Source of the DNA: the human T2T-CHM13v2.0 reference genome, Homo sapiens
Direction: 5' to 3' (one strand)
NCBI RefSeq assembly: GCF_009914755.1
Contig: NC_060940.1
DNA length: 64,000 nucleotides
Below the pieces are notes generated by a model, which saw only the letters and a list, made by a program, of their open reading frames with translations, was not told where the DNA came from and did no database searches. The position numbers and the translations under genes were made by a program. Positions within the stretch are counted from its first letter, which is position 1. Every line of letters starts with the position of its first letter. This document shows, one piece after another, positions 1-13,879 of the stretch.

Positions 1-1214
1 CCATTCCATGTGGATTCCATTCGAATTCATTCGTTTATTCCATTCAAATCCCTTCGTTGATTCCATCTGATTCCACTTGACGATGATTCCATTCAAGTCC
101 AATCGATGATTCCATTCGGTTCCATTCAATGATTCCATTCGAGTCCATTTATGTATTATATTCGTGTCCACTTGATGACTCCATTCAATTCCATTTAATG
201 ATGATTCCATTTTATTCCATTTGATGATTCAGTTCGATTCCTTACAATGATTCCCTACGATTCCTTTCTATGATGATTTCATTCGATTCCATTCATTGAT
301 GATTCCATTCGACTCCATTCAATGATGATTCCTTTCGATTCCATTTGACGATGTTTCCATTTGAGTCCATTCGATGATGATTCCATTGGTATCCATTCGA
401 CGATGATTCCATATGAGTCAATTCGATGATGATTCCATACGAGTCCGTTGGATGATAATTCCATTTGATTTCATTCAATCCTTCTATTCGATTCCATTTG
501 ATGATGATTCCATCTGAATCCATTCTCCGATTCCATTCGATTTCATTCGATGCTTCTATTTGATTTCATTCGAAGATGATTCCTTTCAATTCCATTCATT
601 AATTCCATTTGATTCCATTCGATGATGATTCCATCCGATTCCATTGGATGATGATTCCATTCGAGTCCATTCGATGATTCCGTTCTAATCCATTCTATGA
701 TTCCATTCGAGTCCATTCGATGATTCCATTCGATTCCATTCAGTGATGATTCCATTTGATTCCATCGGATGATGATTTCATTTGATTCCATTCGATGATG
801 ATTCCATTGGAGTCCATTGAATGATTCAATTCAATTCCATTACATGTGGATTCCATTCGAATTCATTCGATTATTCCATTCAAATCCCTTCGTTGATTCC
901 ATCTGATTCCACTTGACGATGATTCCATTCAAGTCCAATCGATGATTCCATTCGGTTCCATTCAATGATTCCATTCGAGTCCATTTATGTATTATATTCG
1001 TGTCCACTTGATGACTCACTCCATTCAATTCCATTTAATGATGATTCCATTTGATTCCATTTGATGATTCAGTTCGATTCCTTACAATGATTCCCTACGA
1101 TTCCTTTCTATGATGATTCCATTCGATTCCATTCATTGATGATTCCATTCGACTCCATTCGATGATGATTCCTTTCGATTCCATTTGACGATGTTTCCAT
1201 TTGAGTCCATTCGA
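1..1214 (+). repeat. Partial higher-order unit 0 (3' end: partial left and full right copy of the 840-bp module)
   Basis: Matches 12666-13879 at offset 12,665 (ORF landmarks 293/12958 and 543/13208). Confidence 0.9.
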
Positions 1215-4200
1215 TGATGATTCAATTCAGTTCTGTTCTATTATGAATCCATTCGATTTCATTCAATGCTTCTATTTGATTCCATTCGACGATGATTCCA
1301 TCTCTTTCCCTTCGATGTTTCCATTTGATTCCATTCAGTGATGATTCCATTTGATTCCATCTGATGATGATTTCACTTGATTCATTTCAATGATGATTCC
1401 ATTCAAGTCCATTCGATGATTCCATTGGAGTCCAAACGATCATTCCATTCGATTCCATTCAATGATGATTCCATTCATGTCCATTCAATGAATCCTTTCA
1501 ATTCCATTCGATGATGACTCCATTCGAGTACATTCGATGATTCCATTTGATTCCATTTGATGATGATTACATTCAATTCCATTCGAAGATGATTCCATTC
1601 AATTCCACTTGATGATGATTCCGTATGAATCCATTCGCTGATTATTCCATTCGATTCCATTCATTGACGATTCCATTCGATTCCATTCAATGATGATTCT
1701 CTTCTATTCCATTCGATGATTCCGGTCGATTCCATTCGATGATGATTCCATTAGATTCCATTCGATTGTTGCATTCGATTCCCTTCGATGATGATTCCTT
1801 TGAATTCCATTCGATTATGATTCCGTATGAATCCATTTGATGATTATTCCATTGGATTCCTTTCGATGATGATTCCATTCGATTCCATTTGATGATGTTT
1901 CTCATGTATTCCATTTGATAATTCCTTTCAATTCCCTTCGATGATGATTCTTTCGAGTCAATTCGATGATTCTATTCCATTCCCTTCGATGATGATTCCA
2001 TTTCACTCCATTCGATGATTCCATTCGATTCAATTTGGTGATGATTCAATTCGATGACATTCGATGACTCCATTCAATTTCATTTGATGATGATTACATT
2101 CGAGTCCATTTGATGATTGTATTCCTTTCCTTTTGATGATTATTCCATTCGTGTCTATTCAAAGATTCCATTCTATTCCATTCAATGATGATTCCAATTG
2201 ATTCCATTCAATGATTATGGCTATCGATTCCACTCGTTGATTCCATTTGATTCCATTCGATGATTATTCCGTTAGATTCCATTAGGAGATTCCATTCGAT
2301 TTTATTCAATGATTCCAATTGATTCCATTCAATGATGATTCCATTCGACTCCATTCAGTGATTCCATTTGAGTCCATTTGATGATTCCATTCGAGTCCAT
2401 TTGATGATTCCATTCTTTTCCATTTGATGATGATTCCATTAGGGTCCATTCAATGATTCCATTCGAGTCCATTCGTTAATGCCTTTCGAGTCCTTTTGAT
2501 CACTACATTCGAGTCCATTCAATGATTCTATTCGATTCCATTCCATGATGATTCCATTCGAGTTCATTCGATGATTGCATTCGAGTCCATTTGATGATTC
2601 CATATGATTCCATTCGACAATGATTCCATTCGTGTCCATTTGATGATTCCATTCATTTCCTATCGATGAAGATTCCATTCGAGTGTATTCGATGATTCCA
2701 TTCAAATCCATTCGATGATGATTCCATTCCAGTCCATTCGATCATTCCACTTGATTCCATTTGATGACTATTCCATTCAAATCCATTTGATGATTCCATT
2801 CGATTCCATTCGATGTTACCATTCCAGTATATACGATGATTCCACTCGATTCCATTTGATGATTATTCCATTGGAGTCGACTTAGTGAATCCTTTAGATT
2901 CTACTCGAAGATGATTCCATTCGAGTCCATTCGATGATACCATTCAATTCCATTCGTTGATGCTTCCATTCAAGTGCATTCGATGATATCATTCGATTCC
3001 ATTTGATGATAATTCCATTTGATTCCATGTGATGATTCTATTCCATTCCATTCAATGATAATTCCATTCAATTCAGTGATTCCTCTGGACTCCATTTGAT
3101 GATGATTCCATTCAATGATTCCATTCGATTCTATTCGAAAATGATTCCATTTGAATCCATTTGATGATGATTCCATTCGATTCCATTTGATGATTCCATT
3201 CGATTCCATTCGACGATGATTCCATTCGATTCCATTTGATGATTCCATTCTATTCTATTCGATGATGATTCCATTCGATTCCATTCGATGATGATTGGAT
3301 TCGATTCCATTTGATGATTTCATTTGATTCCATTCGATGATGATTTCGATCAACTCCATTCGATGATTCCATTCGATTCCATTTGATAATGATTACATCC
3401 GAGTCCATTCGATGATTCCATTTGAGCCCGTTCGATAATTCCATTTGAGTCCAATCAATGATTCCATTCATTTCCATTCAATGATTCCATTCGAGTCCAT
3501 TTGATCATTCCGGTAGGGTCCGTTCGATGTTGATTCCATTGGAGTGCATTCGATGATTCCATTCGAGTCCATTTTAGGATTTGATTCGAGTCCTTTCGAT
3601 GATTCCATTCGATTCCACTCGATGCGATGATGATTTCATTCGAGTCCATTCGACACTTCCAATCGATTCCATTTGATGTTTCCATTCGAGTCCAATTGAT
3701 GATTCCATTCAATTCCATTCGATGATGATTCCGTACGATTCCATTCTGTGATGATTCCATGTGATTGCATTCAATGATGATTCCTTTCGATTGCATTCGA
3801 TTATGATTCATTTCGTGTTCATTCTATGGTTCCACAGGTTTCACATCGTGTCCATTCCATTATTCCATTCTATTCCATTTGATGATGATTCCATTCGATT
3901 CCATTCATTGGTGATTCCACTCAATTCCATTCAATGATTCCATTCCATTTCTTTCAACAATGATTCCATTAGTTTCTAATCGATGATCCACTTGATTCCA
4001 TTTGACGGTGATTCCATTCTTGTCCATTCGATGATTCCATTTGATTCCATATGATGATGATTCCATTCGATTCCATACGATGATGATTCCATTCGAGTCC
4101 ATTCAATGGTGATTCCATTCAATTCCATTCGGTGATTCCTTTCGATTCCATTTGATGATGATGGCATTCGATTCCTTTCAATCATTCCCTTTGATTCCAC

Positions 4201-7200
4201 TCAAAGGTGATTTCATTCAAGTCCATTCGATAATTGCATTCGATTCCATTCTATGATGATTCCATTCGAGTCCATTTGATGATTCCATTCAATTCAAGTC
4301 AATGATGATTCCATTCGATTCCATTCGATGATTCCATTGGATTCCATTCGATGATGATTCCATTCAAATCCATTCGATAATTCAATTCACGTCCATTCGA
4401 TGATGATTCCAATCGAATCCATTCAAAGATTCCATTCAATTCCATTCGATGATTCCCTTAGATTCCATTCGATGATTCCACTTGATTCCATTTACGATGA
4501 TTCCATTCGATTCCATGTGATGATTCCATTCAATTCTATTCAATGATGCTTCCATTTGATTCCATTCGACCATGATTGCCTTTGATTCCATTCAATGATT
4601 CCATTCGGTTCCGTTTGATGACGATTCCGTTCGATTCCATTTGATGATTCCATTTGATTCCATTGGATGAGTCCATTCGATTACATTCGATGATTATTCC
4701 ATTCGAGTGCATTAGATGATTCCATTCGAGTCCATTCGATGATTCCATTCGAGTCCATTCGATGATTCCATTCGATTCCATTCGATGTTGATTCTGTTCA
4801 AATCCATTCGATGATTCCACTCGATTCCATTCGATGACTCCATTTGATCCCATTCTATGATTTCCTTTGATTCCCTTTGATGATCATTCCATTTGATTCA
4901 ATTCGGTGATTTCATTTGATTCCATTCAGTGATGTTTCCATTCGACTCCATTCGATGATGATTCCATTCGACTACATTCGATTATGATTTCATTCAATTC
5001 CATTCGATAAAGATTCCCTTCGAGTCCATTCGATGATTCCATTCGATTCCATTCAACGATGATTTGATTCGTGTCCATTCGATGATTCCCTTTGATTCCA
5101 CTTGATGAGGATTCCATTCGAGTCCATTTGATGATTCCATTCAATTCCATTCTCCGATGATTTCTTTTGAGCCCATTCAATGCTTCCACTCGATTACATA
5201 TGATGATGACTCCATTCGATGAAACTCGATGATGATTCCATTCGCTTGCATTCGATGATGATTCCACTTGAGTCCGTTAGAAGATTCTATTCAATTACAT
5301 TCCATGACGATTCCGTTCGAGTCCATTTGATGATTCCATTACACTCCATTCGACAATGATTCCATTCAATGTTATTCGATGATTCCATTCGATCTCATTC
5401 GATGATGATTCCATTCAACTCCATTCGATGTTTCCATTCGAGTTCATTCTATTATTCCATTAGATTCCATTCGATGATGATTCCATTCGATTCCATTTGA
5501 TGATTGCATTCTATTTCATTTGATGATGATTCCATTCGAGTCCATTCGATGATTCCATTCGAGTCCATTTAATGAATCCATTGGTTTCAATTCTATGATG
5601 ATTATATTGGATTCCATTCGTTGATGATTTCATTCGATTCCATTCAATGATGATTCCATTCAATTCCATTCAATGATTCCATTCAATTCCATACGATGAT
5701 GATTCCATTTGATTTGATTCGACAGTGAGCCATTCGATTCAATTCCATGATGATTCTATTTGATTCACTTGGTTGACATTTCCATTCGGTTCCATTCGAT
5801 GATGATTCCATTTGATTCCATTCAAAGATGATTCCATTCTAGCCCATTCAATCATTCCATTCGATTCTATTCAATGATGATTCCATTCATGTCGATTTGG
5901 TGATTCCATTTGACTTCATTTGATGATGATTCCTTTCAAGTTCATTAGATGATTCCATTCGATTCCATTTGATGATGATCCCATTCGAGTCCATTCAGTG
6001 ATTCCACTCGTTTCCATTCCATGATGATTCCATTCCATTCCATTCAATGATTCCATTCGATTCCGTTTGATGATGATTTCATTCGAGTCCATTTGATGAT
6101 TCCGTTTGATTCCATTCGATGATGATTCCATTCGAGTCCATTCGATGATTCTATTCGAATCCATTTGATGATTTCTTTTGATTATATTTGGTGATGATTC
6201 CATTGGAGTCCATTCAATGATTCCATTCGATTCCAATCGATGGTGGTTCCATTAGAGTCCATTTAATGATTCCATTTGATTCCAGTCTCTGATGTTTACA
6301 TTCGAGTCCATACGATGATTCCACTCAATTCCATATGATGATGATTCCATTCGATTCCATTCGATGATTCCATTCTATTCTATTCAATGGTGATTCCATT
6401 CGAGTACATTAGATGATTCCATTCGATTCCATTCAATGATGATTCTACTTGTGTCCCTTAGATGATTCCACATGATTCCATTAGATGATGATACTATTTG
6501 AGCCCATCCAATGATTCCCTTCGATTCCATTCGATGAGGATTCCATTCGATTCAATTCATTGGTGATTCTATTCAATTCAATTCTTTGATTCAATTCCAT
6601 TCCATTCGACAATGATTCCATTCGATTTCTTTCGATGATTCCACTCAATTTCACTTGACATTGATTCCATTCGATTCCATTCAATGATTCCATTTGATTC
6701 CAGTGGATGATGATTGCCGTCGATTCCATTCGATCACTCCATTCTGTTCCATTTGATGATGATTACATTCGATTCCATTTGATGATTCCATCTGATTCTA
6801 TTCGAGGATTCCATTTGATTCCATTCGATGATGATTCCATTCGAGTCCATTCGATGGTTTCAATCGAGTACATCCAATGATTCCATTCGAGTCCATTTGA
6901 TGATTCCATTTCATTCCATTTGATTATGATTCTACTAGAGTCCATTCAATGACTCCATTCGAGTCCATTCAACAGTTCCATCCGAGTCCATTCGATGATT
7001 CCATTCGATTCCATTTGATGATTCCATTCGAGTCCATTTAATCATTACAGTCGAGTCCATTTGGTGATTCCACTGGATTTCTTTTGATAATGATACCATT
7101 CAATTACATTTGATGATGATCCCATTCAATTTCATTTGATGATGATTCCATTAGAGTCCATTCCATGATTTCATTCGAGTCCCTTCATTGATTCCATCCG

Positions 7201-10200
7201 ATTTCATTTCATGATGACTCCATTCGAGTCCATTCGATGATTCCACTCGATTCCTTTAGATGATTCCATTGGAGTCCATTTGATTGTTCCATTCGATTCC
7301 ATTCGATTCCTTTCGAAGATTATTCCATTTGAGTCCATTCGATGATGATTCCATTCCATTCCATTCGATGATTCCATTTGATTCCATTCGATGATTCCCT
7401 GCGATTCCTTTCTATGATGATTCCATTCCATTCCATTCAATGATTCCATTCGAATCTATTCCATGATGATTCCTTTCGATTCCATTCGCTGATGTTTCCG
7501 TTCAATTCCATTCGATGATGATTCCATTCGATTCCATTCATTGAGGATTCCATTGGATTCCATTCAATGATGATTCCATTCTATTCCATTCAATGATTGC
7601 ATTCAATTCCATTCAATGATTATGCCATTAGAATAAATTCAACGATTCCATTCAATACCATTCGATGATGATTCCTTTTGAGTCCATTCAATGATTTCAT
7701 TCAAGTCCATTTGATGATTCCTTTCAATTCCATTCCATGATGATTCCATTCGAGTCCATTCGATGATTCCATTCGATTGCATTCGATGATTCCATTATAT
7801 TCCATTCAACGATGATTCCATTCGAGTCCATTCGATGATTCCATTAGAGTACATTTAATGATTGCTTTGTTTTCAATTCGAAGATGATTACATTGGATTC
7901 CATTCTATGATTCCATTCGATTGCATTCATTGATGATTCCACCCAATTCCATTCGATGATGATTCCATTCGATTTCAATGATTCTACTCGATTCCATTCA
8001 ATGATGATTCAATTCTATTCCGTTTGATGATTCCATTAGATTCCATTCTATGATGATTCCATTCGAGTCCATTCGAAGATTTCATTCGATTACATTCCAT
8101 GACGATTCCATTCGAGTCCATTCGATGATTCCATTTGAATCCATTCGACGATGATTCCATTTGATGCTATTCGATGATTCCATTGGATTCCATTCGATGA
8201 TGATTCCATTCGACTTGATTTGATGTTTCTATTTGAGTCCATTCGGTTATTTTATTAGACTACATTCGATGATGATTCCATTCGATGCCATTCAATGATT
8301 CCATTTGATTCCACTCAATGATGATTGCATTCGTGTCCATTCGATGATTCCATTTGGTTCCATTTGATGATGATTCCATTCGAGTCCATTCGATGATACC
8401 ATTCAATTCCATTCGATGATCATTCCATTCGAATCCATTTGATGATTCCACTCAATTCCATTTGATGACTCCTTTCATTCCCATTCGATGATTCCCTTCA
8501 GTTCCAATTGGATGATCTTTCCATTTGATTCAATATGGTGACTCCATTCTATTATATTCAATGATGATTCCATTCGACTCCATTAGATGATGACTCCATT
8601 CCATTCCATTCGATTGTGATTTCATTCGATTCCATTCGAAGATGATTCCATTCGAGTCCATTTGATGATTCCATTCGATTCCATTCAATGATGATTCCAC
8701 TCAAATCCATTGGATGATTCCATTCGTTTCCAATTGGTGATTTCATTAGATTCCATTCGAGGATGATTCTATTCGAGTCCATTCAATGATTCCATTGGAT
8801 TCCGTTTGATAATGATTCCATTAGAGTTCATTCGATGATTCCCTTCGAGTCCATTCGATTATTTCTTTTGATTCCATTTGATGATGATTCCATTCGATTC
8901 CATTCAATGATTCCATTCCATTCCATTCGATGATGATTCCATTCGATAATGATTACATTCGAGCCCATGTGATGATTCCATTAGATTCTATTCAATGATG
9001 ATTCCATTCGACCACATTCGATGATGGCATTCGAGTCCATTCGATGATTTCACTCGATTCCACTTGATGATGATTCCTTTTGAGTCCATTTGATGATTAC
9101 ATTCGAGTCCATGAGATGACTCCATTCGATTCCATTTCATGATGATGCAATTCGAGGCTATTCGATCATCCCATTTTAGTGCATTCGGTGATTCTCTTTT
9201 ATTACATTCGATGAGGGCTCCATTCGAGTCCATTCAATGATTCCATTAGATTCCACTCGATGATGATTCCATTTGAGTCCATTCAAAGATTCCTTTCGAG
9301 TCCATTCGATAATTCTATTGGATTCCACTAGGTGATGATTCCTTTCGAGTCAATTCGATGATTCCTTTCAAGTGCCTTCAATGATTCCATTCGATTCCAT
9401 TCGATGACGATTCATTTCAAGTCCATTCAATGGTTCCATTCTGTTGAATTTGATGGTTCCATTTGATTCCATTCGATGATGATTCCATTCGTGTCCATTG
9501 GATGATTCCATTCGATTCCTTTCGAGGAAGATTCCATTCGACTCCATTCGATGATTCCGTTCGATTCCATTCCATGATGATTCCATTTGATTCCATTCCA
9601 TGATTCCATTCGATACCATTCGATGATGATTCCATTCGACTCCATTTGATGAATCCATTCAATGCTTCCATTCGAGTCCATTCGATGATTCCATTCGATT
9701 CCATTCCATGAAGATTCCATTCGAGTACATTTGATGATTCCATTTAATTCCATAGGATGATGATTCTATTAGGGTCCGTTGACTATTCCATTCAATTCCA
9801 TTCGAAGACTCCATTCGAGTCCACTCGATGATTCTATTTGATTCCATTTGATAATTCCATTCGATTCCATTTGATGTTGATTCCATTCGAGTCCATTCGA
9901 TCATTATTACATTTGATTCTATTCGATGATTCCATTCGATTCCATTTGATGAGGATTCCATTCGAGACCATTTGATGATTCCATTCAATTCCATTGGATG
10001 ATTCCAATATTTTCCATTAGATGATGATTCCATTCGATTCCATTCAATGATGATTCCATCAGAATCCATTCGATGATGACTCCTTTTGCTTCCATTCAAT
10101 GATCATTACATTCGGTTCCATTCGATGATGATTCCTTTGGATTCCATTCGATGATGCTTCCATTCGATTCCATTTGATGATGATTCTTTTCGATTCCATT

Positions 10201-10929
10201 TGATGATGATTCCATTTGATTCCATTCGATGGTGATTCCATTTGATGATTCCATTCGATTGTATTCGATGATGATTCCACTCGATTCTATTTGATGATGA
10301 CTGCATTCGATTCCATTTGATGATTCCATTTGATTCCATTCGATGATGATTCTGATCAATTGCATTCGATGATCCATTCGATTCCATTTGATGGTTCCAT
10401 TTGATTCCATTTGATAATGATTCCTTTCGAGTCCATTCGATGATTCCATTTGCGGATATTCGATAATTCCATTTGAGTCCAACTGATGATTCCATTCGAG
10501 GCCATTCAATCATTCTTTTTGAGTCCTTTCGATAAAGATTCCATTTTAGTCCATTCAATAATTCCACTGGAGTCCATTCGATGATTGCTTTTAATTCCAT
10601 TCGATGATATTCCATTCGAGTCCATTCGATGATTCCATTCGTTGCTATTAGATGATGATTCCATTCATGACCATTTGGTGATTCCATTCGATTTCATTCG
10701 TTGATGATTCCATTCGAGTCCATTCCATGATTCCATTCAAGTCCATTTGATGATTTCTTTGAATTCAATTCGATGATGATTCCATTCGAGTCCATTCGAT
10801 GATTCCATTCAGTTCCATTCGATGATGATTCCTTTCGAGACCATATGATGATTCCATTTGATTTCATTCGATGATGATTCCATTCGATTCCATTCGATGA
10901 TTCCATTCTATTCCATTCGATGATGATTC

Positions 10930-12330
10930 CATTCGAGTCCATTTAATGATTCCATTGGGTTCAATTCAATGATGATTACATTGGATTCTCTTCTATGATA
11001 CCATTCAATTCCGTTCATTGACAATTTGATTCCATTCGATGATGATTCCATTTGAGTTCATTCGATGATTCTATTCGATTCTCTTCGATGGTGATTCAAT
11101 TCTATTATATTGGATGATTCCATTCGATTCCATTTGATGTTGATTCAATTCGATTCTATTCGATGATGATTCCATTGGATTTCATTTGATGATTCTATTC
11201 GATTCCATTCAATGATGATTCACTTCTCGTCCATTGGATGATTCCATTTCATTCCATTCGATGATGATTCCATTCGATTCCATTCGATGATTCCATTTGA
11301 TTCCATTCGACGGTGAGCAATTCGATTCAATTCCATGATGATTCTATTTGATTCAGTTAGATGATGTTTCCATTCGAATCCATTCCATGATTATTCCATT
11401 GGAATCCATTCGGCGATGATTCCATATGAGTCAATTCAATGATGCTTCCATATGGGTCAGTTCGATGATAATTCCATTTGATTTCATTCGATGCTTCTAT
11501 TCAATTCCAGTCGATGATGATTCCGTTGGAGTCCATACGATGACTCCATTTGATTTCATTTGATGATGATTCCATTCGATTCCATTCGATGACTCCATTC
11601 TGTTCCATTCGATGATGATTCCATTCGAGTCCATTCGATGATTCCATTCGAGTCCATTTCATGATTCCATTGGGTTCAATTCGATGATGATTACACTGGA
11701 TTCCATTCTATGATTCCATTCAATTCCATTCGTTGATGATTCGATTCCATTCAATGATGATTCCATTTGAGTTCATTCGATGATTCTATTCGATTCCGTT
11801 CGATGGTGATTCAATTCTATTATATTGGATGATTCCATTCGATTCCATTTGATGATGATTCCATTCGATTCCATTCGATGATGATTCCATTTGATTCCAT
11901 TTGATGTTGATTCTATTCGATTCTATTCAATGATGATTCCATTCGATTTCATTTGATGATTCTATTGGATTCCTTTCGATGATTCTATTCCATTCCATTC
12001 GATGATGATTCAATTCTCTTCCATTGGATGATTCCATTTTATTCCATTCGACGATGACTCCATTTGATTCCATTCAATGATGATTCCATTCGATTCCATT
12101 CGGTGATTCCATTTGATTCCATTCGACGGTGAGCAATTTGATTCAATTCCATAATGATTCTATTTGATTCAATTAGATGATGTTTCCATTCGAATCCATT
12201 CGGTGATGATTCCATTGGTATCCATTCGACGATGATTCCATATGAGTCAATTCGATGATGATTCCATACGAGTCCGTTGGATGATAATTCCATTTGATTT
12301 CATTCAATCCTTCTATTCGATTCCATTTGA
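10930..12330 (+). repeat. Older, diverged ~0.7-0.8 kb tandem duplication fixed in every unit
   Basis: TTGGGTTCAATTC at ~10955 and ~11670 (offset 715); GACGGTGAGCAATT at ~11309 and ~12125 (offset 816); CCATATGAGTCAATTC at ~11422 and ~12238 (offset 816); GGTGATTCAATTCTATTATATTGG also occurs twice. Confidence 0.8.
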
Positions 12331-13879
12331 TGATGATTCCATCTGAATCCATTCTCCGATTCCATTCGATTTCATTCGATGCTTCTATTTGATTTCATTC
12401 GAAGATGATTCCTTTCAATTCCGTTCATTAATTCCATTTGATTCCATTCGATGATGATTCCATCCGATTCCATTGGATGATGATTCCATTCGAGTCCATT
12501 CGATGATTCCGTTCTAATCCATTCTATGATTCCATTCGAGTCCATTCGATGATTCCATTCGATTCCATTCAGTGATGATTCCATTTGATTCCATCTGATG
12601 ATGATTTCATTTGATTCCATTCGATGATGATTCCATTGGAGTCCATTGAATGATTCAACTCAATTCCATTCCATGTGGATTCCATTCGAATTCATTCGAT
12701 TATTCCATTCAAATCCCTTCGTTGATTCCATCTGATTCCACTTGACGATGATTCCATTCAAGTCCAATCGATGATTCCATTCGGTTCCATTCAATGATTC
12801 CATTCGAGTCCATTTATGTATTATATTCGTGTCCACTTGATGACTCCATTCAATTCCATTTAATGATGATTCCATTTGATTCCATTTGATGATTCAGTTC
12901 GATTCCTTACAATGATTCCCTACGATTCCTTTCTATGATGATTCCATTCGATTCCATTCATTGATGATTCCATTCGACTCCATTCAATGATGATTCCTTT
13001 CGATTCCATTTGACGATGTTTCCATTTGAGTCCATTCGATGATGATTCCATTGGTATCCATTCGACGATGATTCCATATGAGTCAATTCGATGATGATTC
13101 CATACGAGTCCGTTGGATGATAATTCCATTTGATTTCATTCAATCCTTCTATTCGATTCCATTTGATGATGATTCCATCTGAGTCCATTCTCCGATTCCA
13201 TTCGATTTCATTCGATGCTTCTATTTGATTTCATTCGAAGATGATTCCTTTCAATTCCATTCATTAATTCCATTTGATTCCATTCGATGATGATTCCATC
13301 CGATTCCATTGGATGATGATTCCACTCGAGTCCATTCGATGATTCCGTTCTAATCCATTCTATGATTCCATTCGAGTCCATTCGATGATTCCATTCGATT
13401 CCATTCAGTGATGATTCCATTTGATTCCATCTGATGATGATTTCATTTGATTCCATTCGATGATGATTCCATTGGAGTCCATTGAATGATTCAATTCAAT
13501 TCCATTCCATGTGGATTCCATTCGAATTCATTCGATTATTCCATTCAAATCCCTTCGTTGATTCCATCTGATTCCACTTGACGATGATTCCATTCAAGTC
13601 CAATCGATGATTCCATTCGGTTCCATTCAATGATTCCATTCGAGTCCATTTATGTATTATATTCGTGTCCACTTGATGACTCACTCCATTCAATTCCATT
13701 TAATGATGATTCCATTTGATTCCATTTGATGATTCAGTTCGATTCCTTACAATGATTCCCTACGATTCCTTTCTATGATGATTCCATTCGATTCCATTCA
13801 TTGATGATTCCATTCGACTCCATTCAATGATGATTCCTTTCGATTCCATTTGACGATGTTTCCATTTGAGTCCATTCGA
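12204..13879 (+). repeat. Tandem duplication of the ~840-bp module (12204-13039, 836 bp; 13040-13879, 840 bp)
   Basis: Markers CCATTGGTATCC, CCGTTCTAATCC, TTTATGTATTATATTCGTGTCC and CCTTACAATGATTCCCTACG each occur twice; identical ORFs at 12372 and 13208. Confidence 0.92.

Larger units (their letters stand above)
1215..13879 (+). repeat. Higher-order repeat unit 1 (12,665 bp = 11,829 core + 836 duplication)
   Basis: Boundary set arbitrarily at TGATGATTCAATTCAGTTCTG (1215, 13880, 26425, 38248, 50917, 62750). GTCGAC landmarks at 2876 and 15541; ORF landmarks 1475 and 14140. Confidence 0.93.

Noticed and set aside
12204-13879. The 840-bp module as a mobile element or LTR
   Set aside because: It consists entirely of satellite, is duplicated in tandem, and has no terminal inverted repeats, poly(A) tail, target-site duplication or coding capacity.
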